Below, in pieces: positions 34,600 to 46,860 of a stretch of 64,000 bases of DNA. This DNA is from Octopus sinensis (lineage: Eukaryota): positions 74,648,001 to 74,712,000 of the forward strand of contig NC_042997.1 in NCBI RefSeq assembly GCF_006345805.1. The letters are read 5' to 3'. Numbering within the stretch: position 1 is the stretch's first letter; every line of letters starts with the position of its first letter. The notes below the pieces were generated by a model, which did not search any database, was not told the origin of the DNA, and saw only the letters and a program-made list of their open reading frames with translations. The position numbers and the translations under genes are program-made.

Positions 34600-36520
34600 T
34601 TCAGAGGGATACAAAGAAATGTGTGTTTACATAGATCCTACTATTTTGGATAGCTGAGTAAGCAGTGATATCACTGCCCATCTGGTGGGTGTTGATGCAA
34701 AACAACACACATGATGTAGTGGCAATGATGACAGCAAATATGAGTGGGAAAAAGAGGAATGTGGGAACTAGTGAGGCAATAGGAGTATAGCGAGATGGAT
34801 AGCTAAGGGACTGTACTTTAGGTGTTGGGGTTTGCACATGGTCAGGGAATGCATGAAATTGAAATAGGGAGTGGTGTTTTACCAATGTACCTAGCCTGGG
34901 TACACAGCAAGCTACTATAAATAGAGAAATGAGAAGAGAGGAATTACTGTGCTGCAAGTTTCCACTAAGACTGAATGAAAACACACCACCACTCATTGCT
35001 TGTAATAAGGGTTCTGGCAAAGGTAAGGGAAGCACGAGCCCTTGTGGATAGAGGTTGCACAACAATTCTGATGACTGCAAGAATGGCAGAGAATTGTAGA
35101 GGAGACCCCAGCCTCGGTGTGGTGGATGGTTGGGAGGTCAGGTGTAGGGGTATCAGTGAAGTGGAACCAGAGATACAGAGGACAGTGATGAAACTGCAGG
35201 CAATTGTTGTTGATGAGGTGGTAGACAATGTCAACATAGAAGTGTCTGATCAGTTGGATTTTGGCCTGAGTTCTGTGCCAGAGATCATGGCAAAGTCCTC
35301 AAGGTGGTTTTGGAGAAAAAGGCCAAAGTGGAGCAGGTTATATATATATTGATGACATCTTGGTAGATGTGAGTGTGGCATCAGTAGAAGAAACTGTGGC
35401 TCATCTGAGGTCTGAACTGATGGCAAATCAACCAGAGGAGACACAGCGCTGGGGCTCAAACTTGAAAGAGATAAAGCAGATAGGCTTGTGTTTCAGAGAG
35501 GATCCCAGACCTGCACCAGGATATGAATAAGTGAAGGCTGTTCTTGATGTAGGGAGCTGGTGGGACACTATCCTATTGCAGGATGGCTCCATACAACATG
35601 TAGGTACATCAAGAAGTGAACAGAAGGAGGGAACTAGGGTGATAAAGTGGGAGAGATGATTACAATGATGTGAGATGTCTTGGAGAGAGTGTGAGTGGAA
35701 GACCCAGTGAAGGGCAGTTGGTAAGTGCCTGAAACAGAAAAAGGGATCATATGGTGTGACAAAAGTAGTAAACGACAGAAGATTTTCCAAGTGGAGCACC
35801 CAAAACTGAGGTGGCTACACAACATGCATCACATAGAGGTTGACAGGACTTTGTTTTAGGCCAGGATGATTGACCCCAATGTCACCAGGGAGAATTCTCA
35901 GAAGGTAGTTGGGACTTGTGACAGGTGTCAGTACAATCGACCTTGCAACAAGTGTGCATGAAATAGGAAAGATTCAAGTGTAGGAAGACTGGAAGAGGTA
36001 AGTGATAGACTTGATACACTTTTGGGGAAGGTAATACTTCACAGTGGTTGACTGTGGACCAGGGCGAATAGCAATATAGGGATAAATTAGGAAGAAGACT
36101 GTGGCTGAAATTGCAGATGTACTGTATGCTGTGTTCTTGGAAAGGGGGCCAGTGGATGAGCTGTTGATGGACAATAGCACAGCTTTTTGCTCAGAACAGT
36201 TGAGGGAGATGCTTGAAAGATGAAACATCAGACATTTCTGCAACTTTGCATACAGGCCCAGTGGAAATGGGATTATGGAACAACACCATTGCACAATTAA
36301 AGCCATGGCTGAGAGGGGATGAATCTCCCTCATGGAGGCAGTCTTCTGGTACAACATTTTGTCCAGGGTGGGACAAATTGAAGAATCGATCCTGCAAAGA
36401 GCCAAATTCTGGTACAAATGGTGACACTGAAGTGTGCTACCACGGCAGCTATAAGCGGAAGGAATTGCATCTGTCCAGATATGAGATGAAGTGTGGGTGA
36501 AGCCCCCTAATACACAACAC
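34600..36520 (+). mobile_element. Ty3/Gypsy LTR-retrotransposon pol relic (protease, RT, integrase), heavily deleted
   Basis: Protease ALVDRGCTT. RT FGLSSVPEI and YIDDILV (tatattgatgacatcttggta). Integrase TVVDCGPG, LLMDNSTAF, PSGNGIMEQHHCTIK. No LTRs recognised. Confidence 0.8.
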
Positions 36521-37206
36521 AGTAGAAGAAAGGAAGAGTGATCACAATCATTCCCTTTCCATTCTCTCCCATGCATTCATGATTTTCCCAATTCTCTCCT
36601 CTTTGTCTTTTTCTACAGATTATGCATGCAAACTTATAAATGCAACCATCTCACTTCTTTTCAATACTTGACACTTTCCTTTCTTTCCTTTTCCCGCAAC
36701 CTCAATTTATATGTCTCTCTTCTTCTTGCTCTCTCTTTTTTCTGTCTCCCCACTTTCTCTTTTCTTTTCTGTTTCTTCTCTTTCTCTCACACTCTCTATA
36801 CGTATTCATCCTCCAAACTTAGTAGCTAACTTACTGCTCTAACCATATATACTGAATTATTTCCATCAACTGGTTTACATTTTGAAATGTTTTAACTGAG
36901 GAAGGTTTTACATAATGGATGCATTTCCTATTATATATTATGCAAACCTGAAACATGCATATTAAATGATTTCAAAATATCATTTTTTTGGTTTGACTCA
37001 TTGTTACAACTTATACGACTTAATGTCAGAAGAAACTAGCTGTTCCAAACACCACCTATGCAGATACTCTAGCAACAATTTAGAGTAGTTTGTTATATTT
37101 GACTTGAGTTGAAAATTCTGGTACTGTTCACCACTTCTAAGGATAATGGTGATGATGATGGTGTGTGTGTGTACGTACTAGTAAAGTAGCTCATTAAGAA
37201 AATCTT

Positions 37207-37626
37207 TATTAGAGATGAAAGCATTATTTACACTGAGAAGTAACGTTTTTTGCCACCTAAACATGTTCTATAAGAACAGATGATACTGCTATTTTAACCC
37301 CAGGAGGGTGCCTCCTCCATCTGATTATTCAGTGCACTTCACACTTCATATATATTGCAAGCAGGGAGAGAACTCAGAGACCGCCATATAACATGACTAT
37401 GATTTTATTTGATCATCCTCAATGATGGATGCTCATCTGCTGGACATAGCAATAGTTACCCCAGCTCACAATATATAGAAAACCAGTGTCACACAGTCAC
37501 TGACTTTGCTGGAGGAAGCATCCTCCTGGGGTTAAAATTACAGTATTGTCTGTTCCTATAGAACACCTATGTTTATGTGGCAATAAACATTACTTCTCAG
37601 TATAAACACTGCTTTCATCTCTAATA
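37207..37626. mobile_element. MITE/foldback element with ~120-bp imperfect TIRs
   Basis: tattagagatgaaagca...ttttaaccccaggagggtgcctcctcca at the left end is mirrored in reverse complement at 37510-37626. Confidence 0.8.
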
Positions 37627-38430
37627 GAGATTTCTTTAACAAGCTAGTTTGCTAGTTGCAAGACCAGTGTCTGTATGACACTGTTTTTCTATATATTGTG
37701 AACTAGAAAAAACTACCACTATGTCTAGCAGACAAGTATCCATCACTGAGGATAATCAAATAAGAGAGAAATCATGTGATATGGTGGTCTTCAAGCTAGA
37801 ATAGTAAGGAGATCTCTTCCCACCTGCAATATATATCGAGTGCAAAGAGTACTGAATAACCAGTTGGAGGAGGCATCTTCCTGGGGTATCATCTGTTTTT
37901 ACAGAACTCTCAAGTTTAGGTGGTGATAAACATTGCATGTATGTATGTGCGTATGTATGCATGCATATGTATATGCATGTGTTCATGTGCATGTTTATGA
38001 TATACTTATGCATGACTTGTATCTGAGTCTAAATGAGATGTATGCGTGCATGTATGCTATTAACATATTCTTTTAACTTTTTTCCAATTAATAAGTGGCA
38101 ACAAGTTTTTTCATGCTTTGCTATATTAGTGTACAAAATTCTTCTAGTAATCAAATTCCTTTGAAATTTCTTCAGGCACAAGAGCTTATGCCTAAAAGTA
38201 CATAGGTCAAAACATTTTACCATCCCAATGCACAGTTTAATCTGAAAACAAGGAGCACACATACAAACAGAATTTGGATCTAAATTTTATATAGGTTATG
38301 AGGAATGTTTTGTAAACCCCTGGACAGGAATGTTTTAGAAGTGAATGTAATGACTTGTTGTCAATCATTACATATAGTAATGAGAAAAATAATGGAATAT
38401 TGGGCTACAAAAAGCCCATAATTCATTTAC

Positions 38431-38832
38431 CTTTGTAGCTGCCATCAACTGTTGCCAGTGACGATCACGAATAGCTGGGCTCTGTAAATCTCCAATAGCA
38501 CGAAGTGATGTTATTACATTCTTCACATTACTTTCTACTCCCAAATAAACATCCCATGTTCGCAATTCTTTATCCATCATCCTGATGTCCTTTGCAAATA
38601 TCTTACAAGCCAGGTCCATATGGTCAACATTAATGTCTACCCACAGTGTACATTTCCATTCTGCAATACTGGAACACACAATTTCAATATAATCCCAAAG
38701 ATGCTTCAGCAAACGTAGATCCCTGCGGCATTGCTTCAATTGTTTGAAGTCAGGAATGTTTACTTCAAATAGAGCAGCAGATATCTGAAGACTTTCCATT
38801 TCTTTTTCCATAGTGTATATTTCCACATGAGT
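38431..38832 (-). CDS. DNAH9/11/17-like: Dynein heavy chain exon (start of DHC_N2)
   Basis: Encodes THVEIYTMEKEMESLQISAALFEV...LRAIGDLQSPAIRDRHWQQLMAATK. Acceptor tttttag|ACT, donor AAG|gtaaat. 402 nt, phase 0-0. Confidence 0.97.
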
Positions 38833-39052
38833 CTAAAAATAAGCCAGATGTGTGAGATATTGATAATTAAATTTATTCAATCAGTATTTCAGATAGGACT
38901 CAGTTAAATTCTTCAATTGAATACACAAATATTGTCATTTACAGAATATGGCAGATATTATTTCTTTAAGAGAATTTATAAATTAATGGTCTTGAAAAAC
39001 AAATGAAAACAAAGATCATAATAGTCAATAGTAAATTTCTTTCTATTATTGT

Positions 39053-39465
39053 TTACTCTTACTCTTTACTCTTTTACTTGTTTCAGTCATTTGACTGCGG
39101 CCATGCTGGAGCACCGCCTTTAATCAAGTAACTCGACCCCGGGACTTATTCTTTTGTAAGCCCAGTACTTATTCTATCGGTCTCTTTTGCCGAACTGCTA
39201 AGTAACGGGGACATAAACACACCCGCATCGGTTGTCAAGCAATGCTAGGGGGACAAACACAGACACACAAACACACACACGCATATATTATATATATACA
39301 TATATACGACGAGCTTCTTTCAGTTTCCGTCTACCAAATCCACTCACAAGGCTTTGGTTGGCCCGAGGCTATAGTAAAAGACACTTGCCCAAGGTGCCAC
39401 GCAGTGGGACTGAACTCGGAAACTTGTGGTTGGTAAACAAGCTACTTACCACACAGCCACTCCTG
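39053..39465 (-). mobile_element. Full-length tRNA-derived SINE (family S2)
   Basis: Head caggagtggctgtgtggtaag (A-box), gagttcagtccc (B-box), core ttgggcaagtgtctt...ggtagacggaaactgaaagaag, internal (TG)n and an (aagagtaa)n tail. Confidence 0.85.
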
Positions 39466-40041
39466 TTTGTAAAATATTATAATATTGATTTTCTAAGTGA
39501 ATTGAACTTACAATAGGAACTGGTCACAGAAAACTATACAGTATTGTACTTTTAATTTCTATTATTTTAGAATATTTCAAAAGTGATTTCTTTCAATAAG
39601 GCATTTTATCGATTTTCATTCAGAATCATTTATTATTGCAACCACTTATATATAAAAGATAAAATTAACACTAGCAGGATTTGAAATTACACAATAAAGC
39701 AATGTACTGTAATGCATTTAGTTTATCACTTTACTATCTTGGCCATTTTAGCATAAATACTGACAACAAAATAACAAACCCACTTTAAAATCTTTTTCAC
39801 CTCTAGTTTTTGCAAATGAAAATAATTTGGTAGCTGTGAAAACATGGTTATTTCGTAAATATTGATTTTCTAAGTGAATTAATCCAAACGTTCTATTGTT
39901 TTCATCTACTGCAGCCCTAATTCTTGAAAATTTCACATCTCTCTCTCTCTCTCTCTGTTTCGTTACCCACTATTTTCGCTTGCCCATATTATGTCTGTAT
40001 CCTTGCTATGTAAATGGAAATTCAATGTTTACTTGTATTAA

Positions 40042-40256
40042 TCTGTTAGCATTTAAATCAGTCATATCAGGTCCAAATATTTAACTTGTTTTATGTTCAA
40101 ACAGGCTAGATCCAAACTCTCAAACATATCCTACAATATTATTATAAAAATAAACAATCTCATCAAAATCTCAAGGCTATATGATAATACATGATAAATT
40201 CAAAACAATGAATAAATAAGCATTACATTTGACTGAGTAATCTAAATGCTAAAGTG
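40042..40256. mobile_element. Degenerate piggyBac-like MITE
   Basis: TTAA then tctgttagcatttaaa at the left end; tctaaatgctaaagtg then ttag at the right end. Imperfect TIRs and TTAA-like flanks. Confidence 0.5.
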
Positions 40257-40404
40257 TTAGTAATTGTATAGCTCCACAAATTATATTTTGATAGTATTTT
40301 GATAATACTGCAACAATTGGTATTTTGATCATTCTGCAAATGTTGACATTTTAATATTTCTGCAAATATTAATATTTTGATCATTCCACAAATATAGATA
40401 TTTT

Positions 40405-41210
40405 ACCTCTGCTGGTGACTAAAGGCCTCTCGCTCAGAGTAAAAGGCAGACTGTATGATGCATGTGTACGAACAGCCATGCTACATGGCAGTGAAACATG
40501 GGCCATGACTGCTGAGGACATGCGTAAGCTCGTGAGGAATGAAGCCAGTATGCTCCGATGGATGTGTAATGTCAGTGTTCATACTCGACAGAGCGTTAGT
40601 ACCCTGAGAGAAATGTTGGACCTAAGAAGCATCAGTTGTGGTGTGCAAGAGAGACGATTGCGCTGGTATGGTCATGTGGCGAGAATGGATGAAGATAGGT
40701 GTGTGAAAATGTGCCAATCCCTAGCAGTTGAGGGAACCCGTGGAAGAGGTAGACCCAGGAAAACCTGGGACGAGGTGGTGAAGCACGACCTTCGAACCTT
40801 GGGTCTCACTGAGGAAATGACCAGCGACCGAGACCTTTGAAAATATGCTGTGTGTGAGAAGACCAGGCAGGACAAGTGAGTCCAGCCCACTTATGCATGC
40901 CTTTCCCCCCTTGGACACACAAAGACCTGTTGAGGCAAGCGAAGTCGATATCGACACAAAAAGACCTGTTGAGGCAAGCAAAGTCAATATCGAACCTCAT
41001 CCGACGACAGGCACCTATGGCAACCCCCCTTGCTTGCGAAGACCTGTTGGGGCAAGTGAAATCGTTAGGAAGGGCATCCAGCTGTAGAAACTTTGCCAGA
41101 TAAGACCGGAGCCTGGTGCAGCCTTCTGGCTTCCCAGATCCCTGGTCGAACCGTCCAACCCATGCTAGCATGGAGAACGGACGTTAAACGATGATGATGA
41201 TGATGATGAT
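40405..41210 (+). mobile_element. RTE-clade LINE (family A), 5'-truncated, relatively young
   Basis: Open 141-aa C-terminal ORF (MLHGSETW...WYGHVARMDED...GRGRPRKTW), family terminal module and (GAT)n tail. Confidence 0.93.
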
Positions 41211-41334
41211 AGTTTCTGTTTAGTGTTGCTCTAAATCTTGAAATATTTCATCTCTTCATTTGTTTTGTTACCTGGTATCTAATCCAAATGTTCTATTGTT
41301 TTCATCTACTGCAGCCCTAATTCTTGAAAATTTC

Positions 41335-41377
<43 letters not shown>

Positions 41378-41689
41378 GTTACCCCCTATTTTCACTCACC
41401 CATATTATGTCTGTATCTTTGCTTTCCCATGTTTATTGTTAATTAGCAGCTTTCATTTTATTTGTGGATATGTTACACCACCTTTAGCTAGAAAATAGTG
41501 CATCCATGGTGTGCCCTCTCAACCCACCCGCACTACCTGCACCAGAAGTATTTCTCCTCTAGCCTCTACTGGAAGTCTTTCTCCTAGCAACTCTAATGGT
41601 TACCTATACAGAATGCTCTTTCCCTTCCACCACTATCTAGTGTCTATTTCCTAGTAAACATAGTGATTGCAAAGTGAATAAAATGATGG

Positions 41690-44600
41690 CGATGTGTATG
41701 CAGGTTGAAACCTATTTGTAGTTTTACAATGTCTGCCAAATGCACATGAGAGTTTTCTTTTCATATGCAAAATGCTGTCTCCCTGAGATGCTTGAACGGA
41801 GGCATGTAGATTTGTGTTGCATCTAAGAAGTAAAGGAGGTTCTGCTAGGTTCCTTACAGGCAAAGAGCATAGATATAAGATTTTCTGGGTATGGAATAGT
41901 GGTGGGGTTGGGGGCAACAGTATACTCCTTGTTGAGAAATGGGTTGATAAGGTAATCAAGGTAGTCAGAGTCTGTGATAGACTACTTAAGCTTTGACTAG
42001 TGCTGCAACATGGAACAGCAACCATTATCTCAGCCTATGTCCTTCAGCCAGGTCTACCTGATAAACAGAAAGACCTATTTTCTGACACCTTCTTGCACAC
42101 TACCTCATCAACGAATTACAGGGACCTTCTCTTTGTGGCTGGCAACTTCAATGGGCATGTTGAACAACATCCAGGTAGCTTCCATGGTGTGCACTGAGAC
42201 AACGGATTTGGTTCCTGTAATGAGGTGGGAACCAGTCTGCTGGAGTTCTGTGATGCAAATGATCTGATAATCTGCAATACTAAGTTCAGGAAACCTGCCA
42301 GCCACTTGTTCACCTACCAATCTCGTAGGCACACTAGTCAGATTGACTACATTTTCACCAAGAAATGAGAAAGATGGCCACTTATAAATGCCAAAACTTA
42401 CCCAGGTGAAGAATGCACCCCACAACAAAGGTTGTTGTTAGCAACTTCAGGAGCAGGACCAAAAACAACCAGTGTGGAAAAGAAAGGTCTAGAAGCTTAA
42501 GGATCCTCTGAATGGACAGAGGTTTAGAGATGTATTACTTGAAGCTTTTGATGAAAAAGGGGGGGATATAGCATCATATAATGTGGAAGACAACTGGAAG
42601 TTCCTATGGGACAACCTGTTGAGGGCTACTGACCAGGTCTGTGGCAAGTGCAAAGTCTCCTCTTGACCTAAGGTGACATGGTGGTGGAACATTATAGTTG
42701 ACAAGGCCAGTAGAAAAAAGAAACAAGACTGGAAGTGTGCTGATAGCAGGGAAGTGTATCAGATAACCAAAAGGGAAGCTAGGAGAAAGGTACACTTAGC
42801 CAGAGGGGAAGCAGAAAAGAAGAGGTCTGCCAATGTTCTGTGTCATGAAGACTAGAGACTCGAAGTGTTTCAAATTGCAAGACAGTGTGTGAGAGAAAAT
42901 CTTGATTGTCCACATGGATGATGGTTCACTTGTATTTAATGATGCTGCAAAGAAAGAGACTTGGAAACGCTATTATGAAAGGCTACTAAATGAAGAAAAT
43001 GAATGGGAGAAACAGTGTCTGCCAAATGTTGACCCAACTGAGGGACCAGCTTTCTGAATTGACTGTACCTTGGTAGATAAAGCAATTAAAGATATGAAGA
43101 CAGGGAAAGCCTCCAGCCCACCAGGAATTACTGCTGAGATGCTTAAAATATTTGGCAGTGTAGGCTATGGGCTTGTCACCCATGTAGTTAACCAGGTGGT
43201 ACACAAAGGAGTTATACCTAATGACTGGTGTAGCAGCACCATAGTCAACTGCTAGGAAGGTAAATCTGTGCCTTAAGATAGAATTACAGAAATATCAAAT
43301 TGTCGCATCAGGTGATGAAAGTTATAGAGAGGGTTGTAGCCTAACTAGAGAGAGTTAGTTTAGATGAGATGCAGTTTGGTTTTGTGCTAGGGAGATGCAC
43401 CACTGATGCTATTTTTCTGGTAAGGCAACTGCAGGAGAAATACCTAGCCAAAGATAAGCCTCAGTACTTGGCTTTTGTTGACATAGAGAAAGCCCTTCAC
43501 AGGGTACCCTGATCCCTTATCTGGTGGTCAATGCAGAAACTAGGGAAAGATGAGTGATTGGCGAGAGCTGTACAAGCCACTTACAGAGATGCTGTCAGTA
43601 AGGTGAGGGTTGGCAATGAGTATAGTGAAGAATTCAGGGTACAAGTTGGGGTTTACCAAAGATCAGTCCTCAGGCCTCTCTTATAGTCCTCCAGGCAATA
43701 ACAGGAATTCAAGACAGGCTGCTCCTGGGAGCTCCTTTATGCTGATGACCTGCTCTTATAGCTGAATCAATACCAGAACTAGAGAAGTTTCAAGTACGGA
43801 ATCAAGGTCTAGAATTGAAGGGCCTTAGAGTTGACCTAGCAAAAAACAAAGTCTTAATAAGTAGGAAAGCAGACAAATCACAAATCTCTTCAGGTAAAGG
43901 GCCAAGCTTGATCACTAGTAAAGGTGAAGGTAGAAACTCCGTAAGATGTACCCAGTGTAAGCTATGGACACATGAGGTGCAGAAATATCAAAGGAAGGTT
44001 AACATGCTAGGGGAAAAACTAGTAATTGATAGCTTCCATTACCTAGGTGACAAGGCAGTAGTTGGGGTGGATGCTCCAAGAGAATAGCTGCTAAAATAAG
44101 AATTGGCTGGGCAAAGTTCAGAGAGCTAGTAACAAAGAGTCTCTCACTCGGAGTGTAAGGCAGATTGTATGATGCCTGAGTGCGAATAGCCATGCTACAC
44201 AGCAGCGAAACATGGGCTGTGACTGCAGAGGACAAGCATAGGCTTTTAAGAAAAAGGCTAGTATGCTTCACTGGATGTGTAATGTCAGTGTGCATGCACA
44301 ACAGAGTATAAGCATCTTGAGATAAAAGTTGGACATAAGAGGCATCAGATGTGTTGTGCAAGAGAGATGACTGCACTGGTATAATCATGTGATGCATATG
44401 ATCAAGGACAGCTGTTTGAAGAAGTGTCACACTCTAATGGTAAAGACAACCTATGGAAGAGGTAGATCCAAGAAGACATGGGACAAAGTGGTAAAGCACA
44501 ATCTTTGAATGTTGGGCCTCATGGAGTCAATGACAAGTGACTGAGACCTTTTGCGATATTCCTTGCTTGAGAAGACCCATCAAACCAAGTGAGATTGTAG

Positions 44601-45052
44601 TTGTGGCCAATGCCAAGTGTCATGTAACTGGCCTGTTAAAAGCACCTGCCAAATGGTGGATGATATGCTGTGCTTGTGAAGGCCTGTTGAGCTAAGTGAA
44701 ATCATAATTGCGGCCAATGTCATCTGACTGACACCCAAGGCAGTGGCACATAAAAAGAACAGTTTGAGCATTGGGCTTCATGGAGGCAGTTACAGGTGAC
44801 TGAGACCTTTGACAATATATTATGTAAGACTGTAGTGGTGGCCAATGCTGATGTCAGGTCAATGGCATCCATGCTGGTGGCACGTTAAACACACCCATAC
44901 ACCCTCAGAGTGGTTGGCGTTAGGAAGGTCTTCCAGCTGTAGAAACCTTGGCAAATCAGATCAGAACCTGGTGCAGCTTCCCGACTTAGCAGTTTTTAAT
45001 CAAACCATCCAGCGCATACCAGCATGGAAAATGGACATTAAATGATGATGAT
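41690..45052 (+). mobile_element. RTE-clade LINE (family A), near full length, old and heavily decayed
   Basis: APE N-terminal part (YKIFWVW...ILLVEKWVDKV...IISAYVLQ), RT remnants (QFGFVLGRCT, FVDIEKA, LLYADD), C-terminus, degenerate 3' UTR and (GAT)n tail. Confidence 0.88.
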
Positions 45053-45705
45053 GTTGATATTCCTTGCAAATATAGGTAATTTTATAATTTTGCAAATGTC
45101 AATATTTTCCCCTAAAATGTTTTCCAACATCTCAACAAAGGCGAGTTATAAATGCTGGACACATTTGTTTGAAATTATTTAATAAATTTAAATGAGACAA
45201 GATCATTACCATTATTAGAAGTACTTGTTTTTGTTCTATTCAAACCTGTACTTTACAAATATTTGGAAGTATATGCTGTTTTATTACGCTGAATTAGAGT
45301 ATCATTTAGCCAAATGTAATGTAGTGGTGCAGTTAGATAAATAGTTGAACGATCTCCCTTGCAAGAAAGATCATAGAGTAACCTCCCTTTTCTCAAAGTG
45401 TCTGTGTCATGGGACGTGAATCTTAATTATTCAAGAAGCTTAGCTTTTCTCATGGGAGTTTCTAGAATGTCTAATAATAAAAACAGCTTTCGAACCCATC
45501 TTTTTGCTTATTAGTTGATTAGACTTAGAGCCATCCATGTTGTTGCTATGTCCACCACCACTTAGCTGTTATTCTACATTTTCTGTCTCTGAACTTTCTT
45601 GCATAGATTACTTCATTCATCTAGCTTCTACAATTTGATTCCATGTACCATCATCGAAAGAAGAATAAAATATATTTTCATGTAGTAAATATGCAGCAAA
45701 CCCTA

Positions 45706-45994
45706 GTGAACTTCCTCTCTCTATTATATATACATACATTCGAACGTAGCAGATAACAGCTAACCTTTGGCCACTGTTGTGTCCACTACTCTGATTGGTT
45801 GATATTGGCAAAATTTGTCTCTTACTCTGCGATTGGTTAGGTTGCATATTGGCGCACAATAGAGTAAGGGACAAATTGCACCAATATCAACCAATCAGAA
45901 TGGTGGACACAACAGGGTCCAAACAGCAGCCAAAGGTTAGCTGTTATCTGCTATGTTCGAATGTATGCATATATAATAGAGAGAGGAAGTTCAC
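45706..45994. mobile_element. Almost fully palindromic ~290-bp MITE; truncated second copy at 47932-48095
   Basis: gtgaacttcctctctctattatata...agataacagctaacctttggc is mirrored by gccaaaggttagctgttatct...tatataatagagagaggaagttcac. Confidence 0.8.
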
Positions 45995-46043
45995 GAGTTC
46001 ACTACAGACAGCTTTCTTTTGCTCCTGCATGCTAGCACCTGCA

Positions 46044-46210
46044 GCCTCTGCAAGCAACTCACCGCTCTTGCAGGCTTACAACACTAGCCTCTACAAGTGA
46101 CCCACTGCTCTTGCAGGCTTACAACACTAACCTCTGCAAGTGACCTACTGCTCTTGCAGACTAACAACATTTTTTTTTCCACTACAAGTGACTCACTGCC
46201 TTTGCAGGCA
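46044..46210. repeat. 43-bp tandem repeat, about 4 copies
   Basis: Unit gcctctgcaagtgacccactgctcttgcaggcttacaacacta starts at 46044, 46087 and 46130. A single-unit homolog lies near 47285-47370. Confidence 0.85.
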
Positions 46211-46449
46211 AAGTCTTGGCACTACTCATGTCTCAGCAGCCAGCATTGCACCTCAAGCACTTTGACTTTTGCATCCTGTGATTTCCAGTTTCCTGGACAG
46301 TTGTTATCACTTTTGCATGTCAGACATTCTGTGTCTCAGACTATTTACATTTCTTAACTTTGCCTTGCCAGTGAACGGACTGAAGAATAGACTTATGTTG
46401 TTATAGACATTGCATTCACATTTTCTCTCTTTCTGTATCATTGTACATA

Positions 46450-46860
46450 TATGTGTGTATGTCTGTGTTTGTCCCCTAGCATTGCTTGACAACCGATGCT
46501 GGTGTGTTTAAGTCTTAGCGGTTCGGCAAAAGAGAACGAAAGAATAAGTACTGGGCTTACAAAGAATAAGTCCCGGGGTCGATTTGCTCGACTAAAGGCG
46601 GTGCTCCAGCATGGCCAATTGGTAGACGGAAACTGAAAGAAGCCTGTCGTATATATGTATATGTATATATATGTGTATGTGTGTGTGTTTGTGTGTCTGT
46701 GTTTGTCCCCCTAGCTTAGCGGTTCGGCAAAAGAGAACGATAGAATAAGTACTGGGCTTACAAAGAATAAGTCCTGGGGTCGATTTGCTCGACTAAAGGC
46801 GGTGCTCCAGCATGGCCACAGTCAAATGACTGAAACAAGTAAAAGAGAAAAGAGAAAGAG
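46450..46860 (+). mobile_element. Head-less tandem dimer of the SINE S2 3' half
   Basis: Two consecutive copies of cttagcggttcggcaaaagagaacg...aaggcggtgctccagcatggcc with a single (aaaagag)n tail. Confidence 0.8.
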
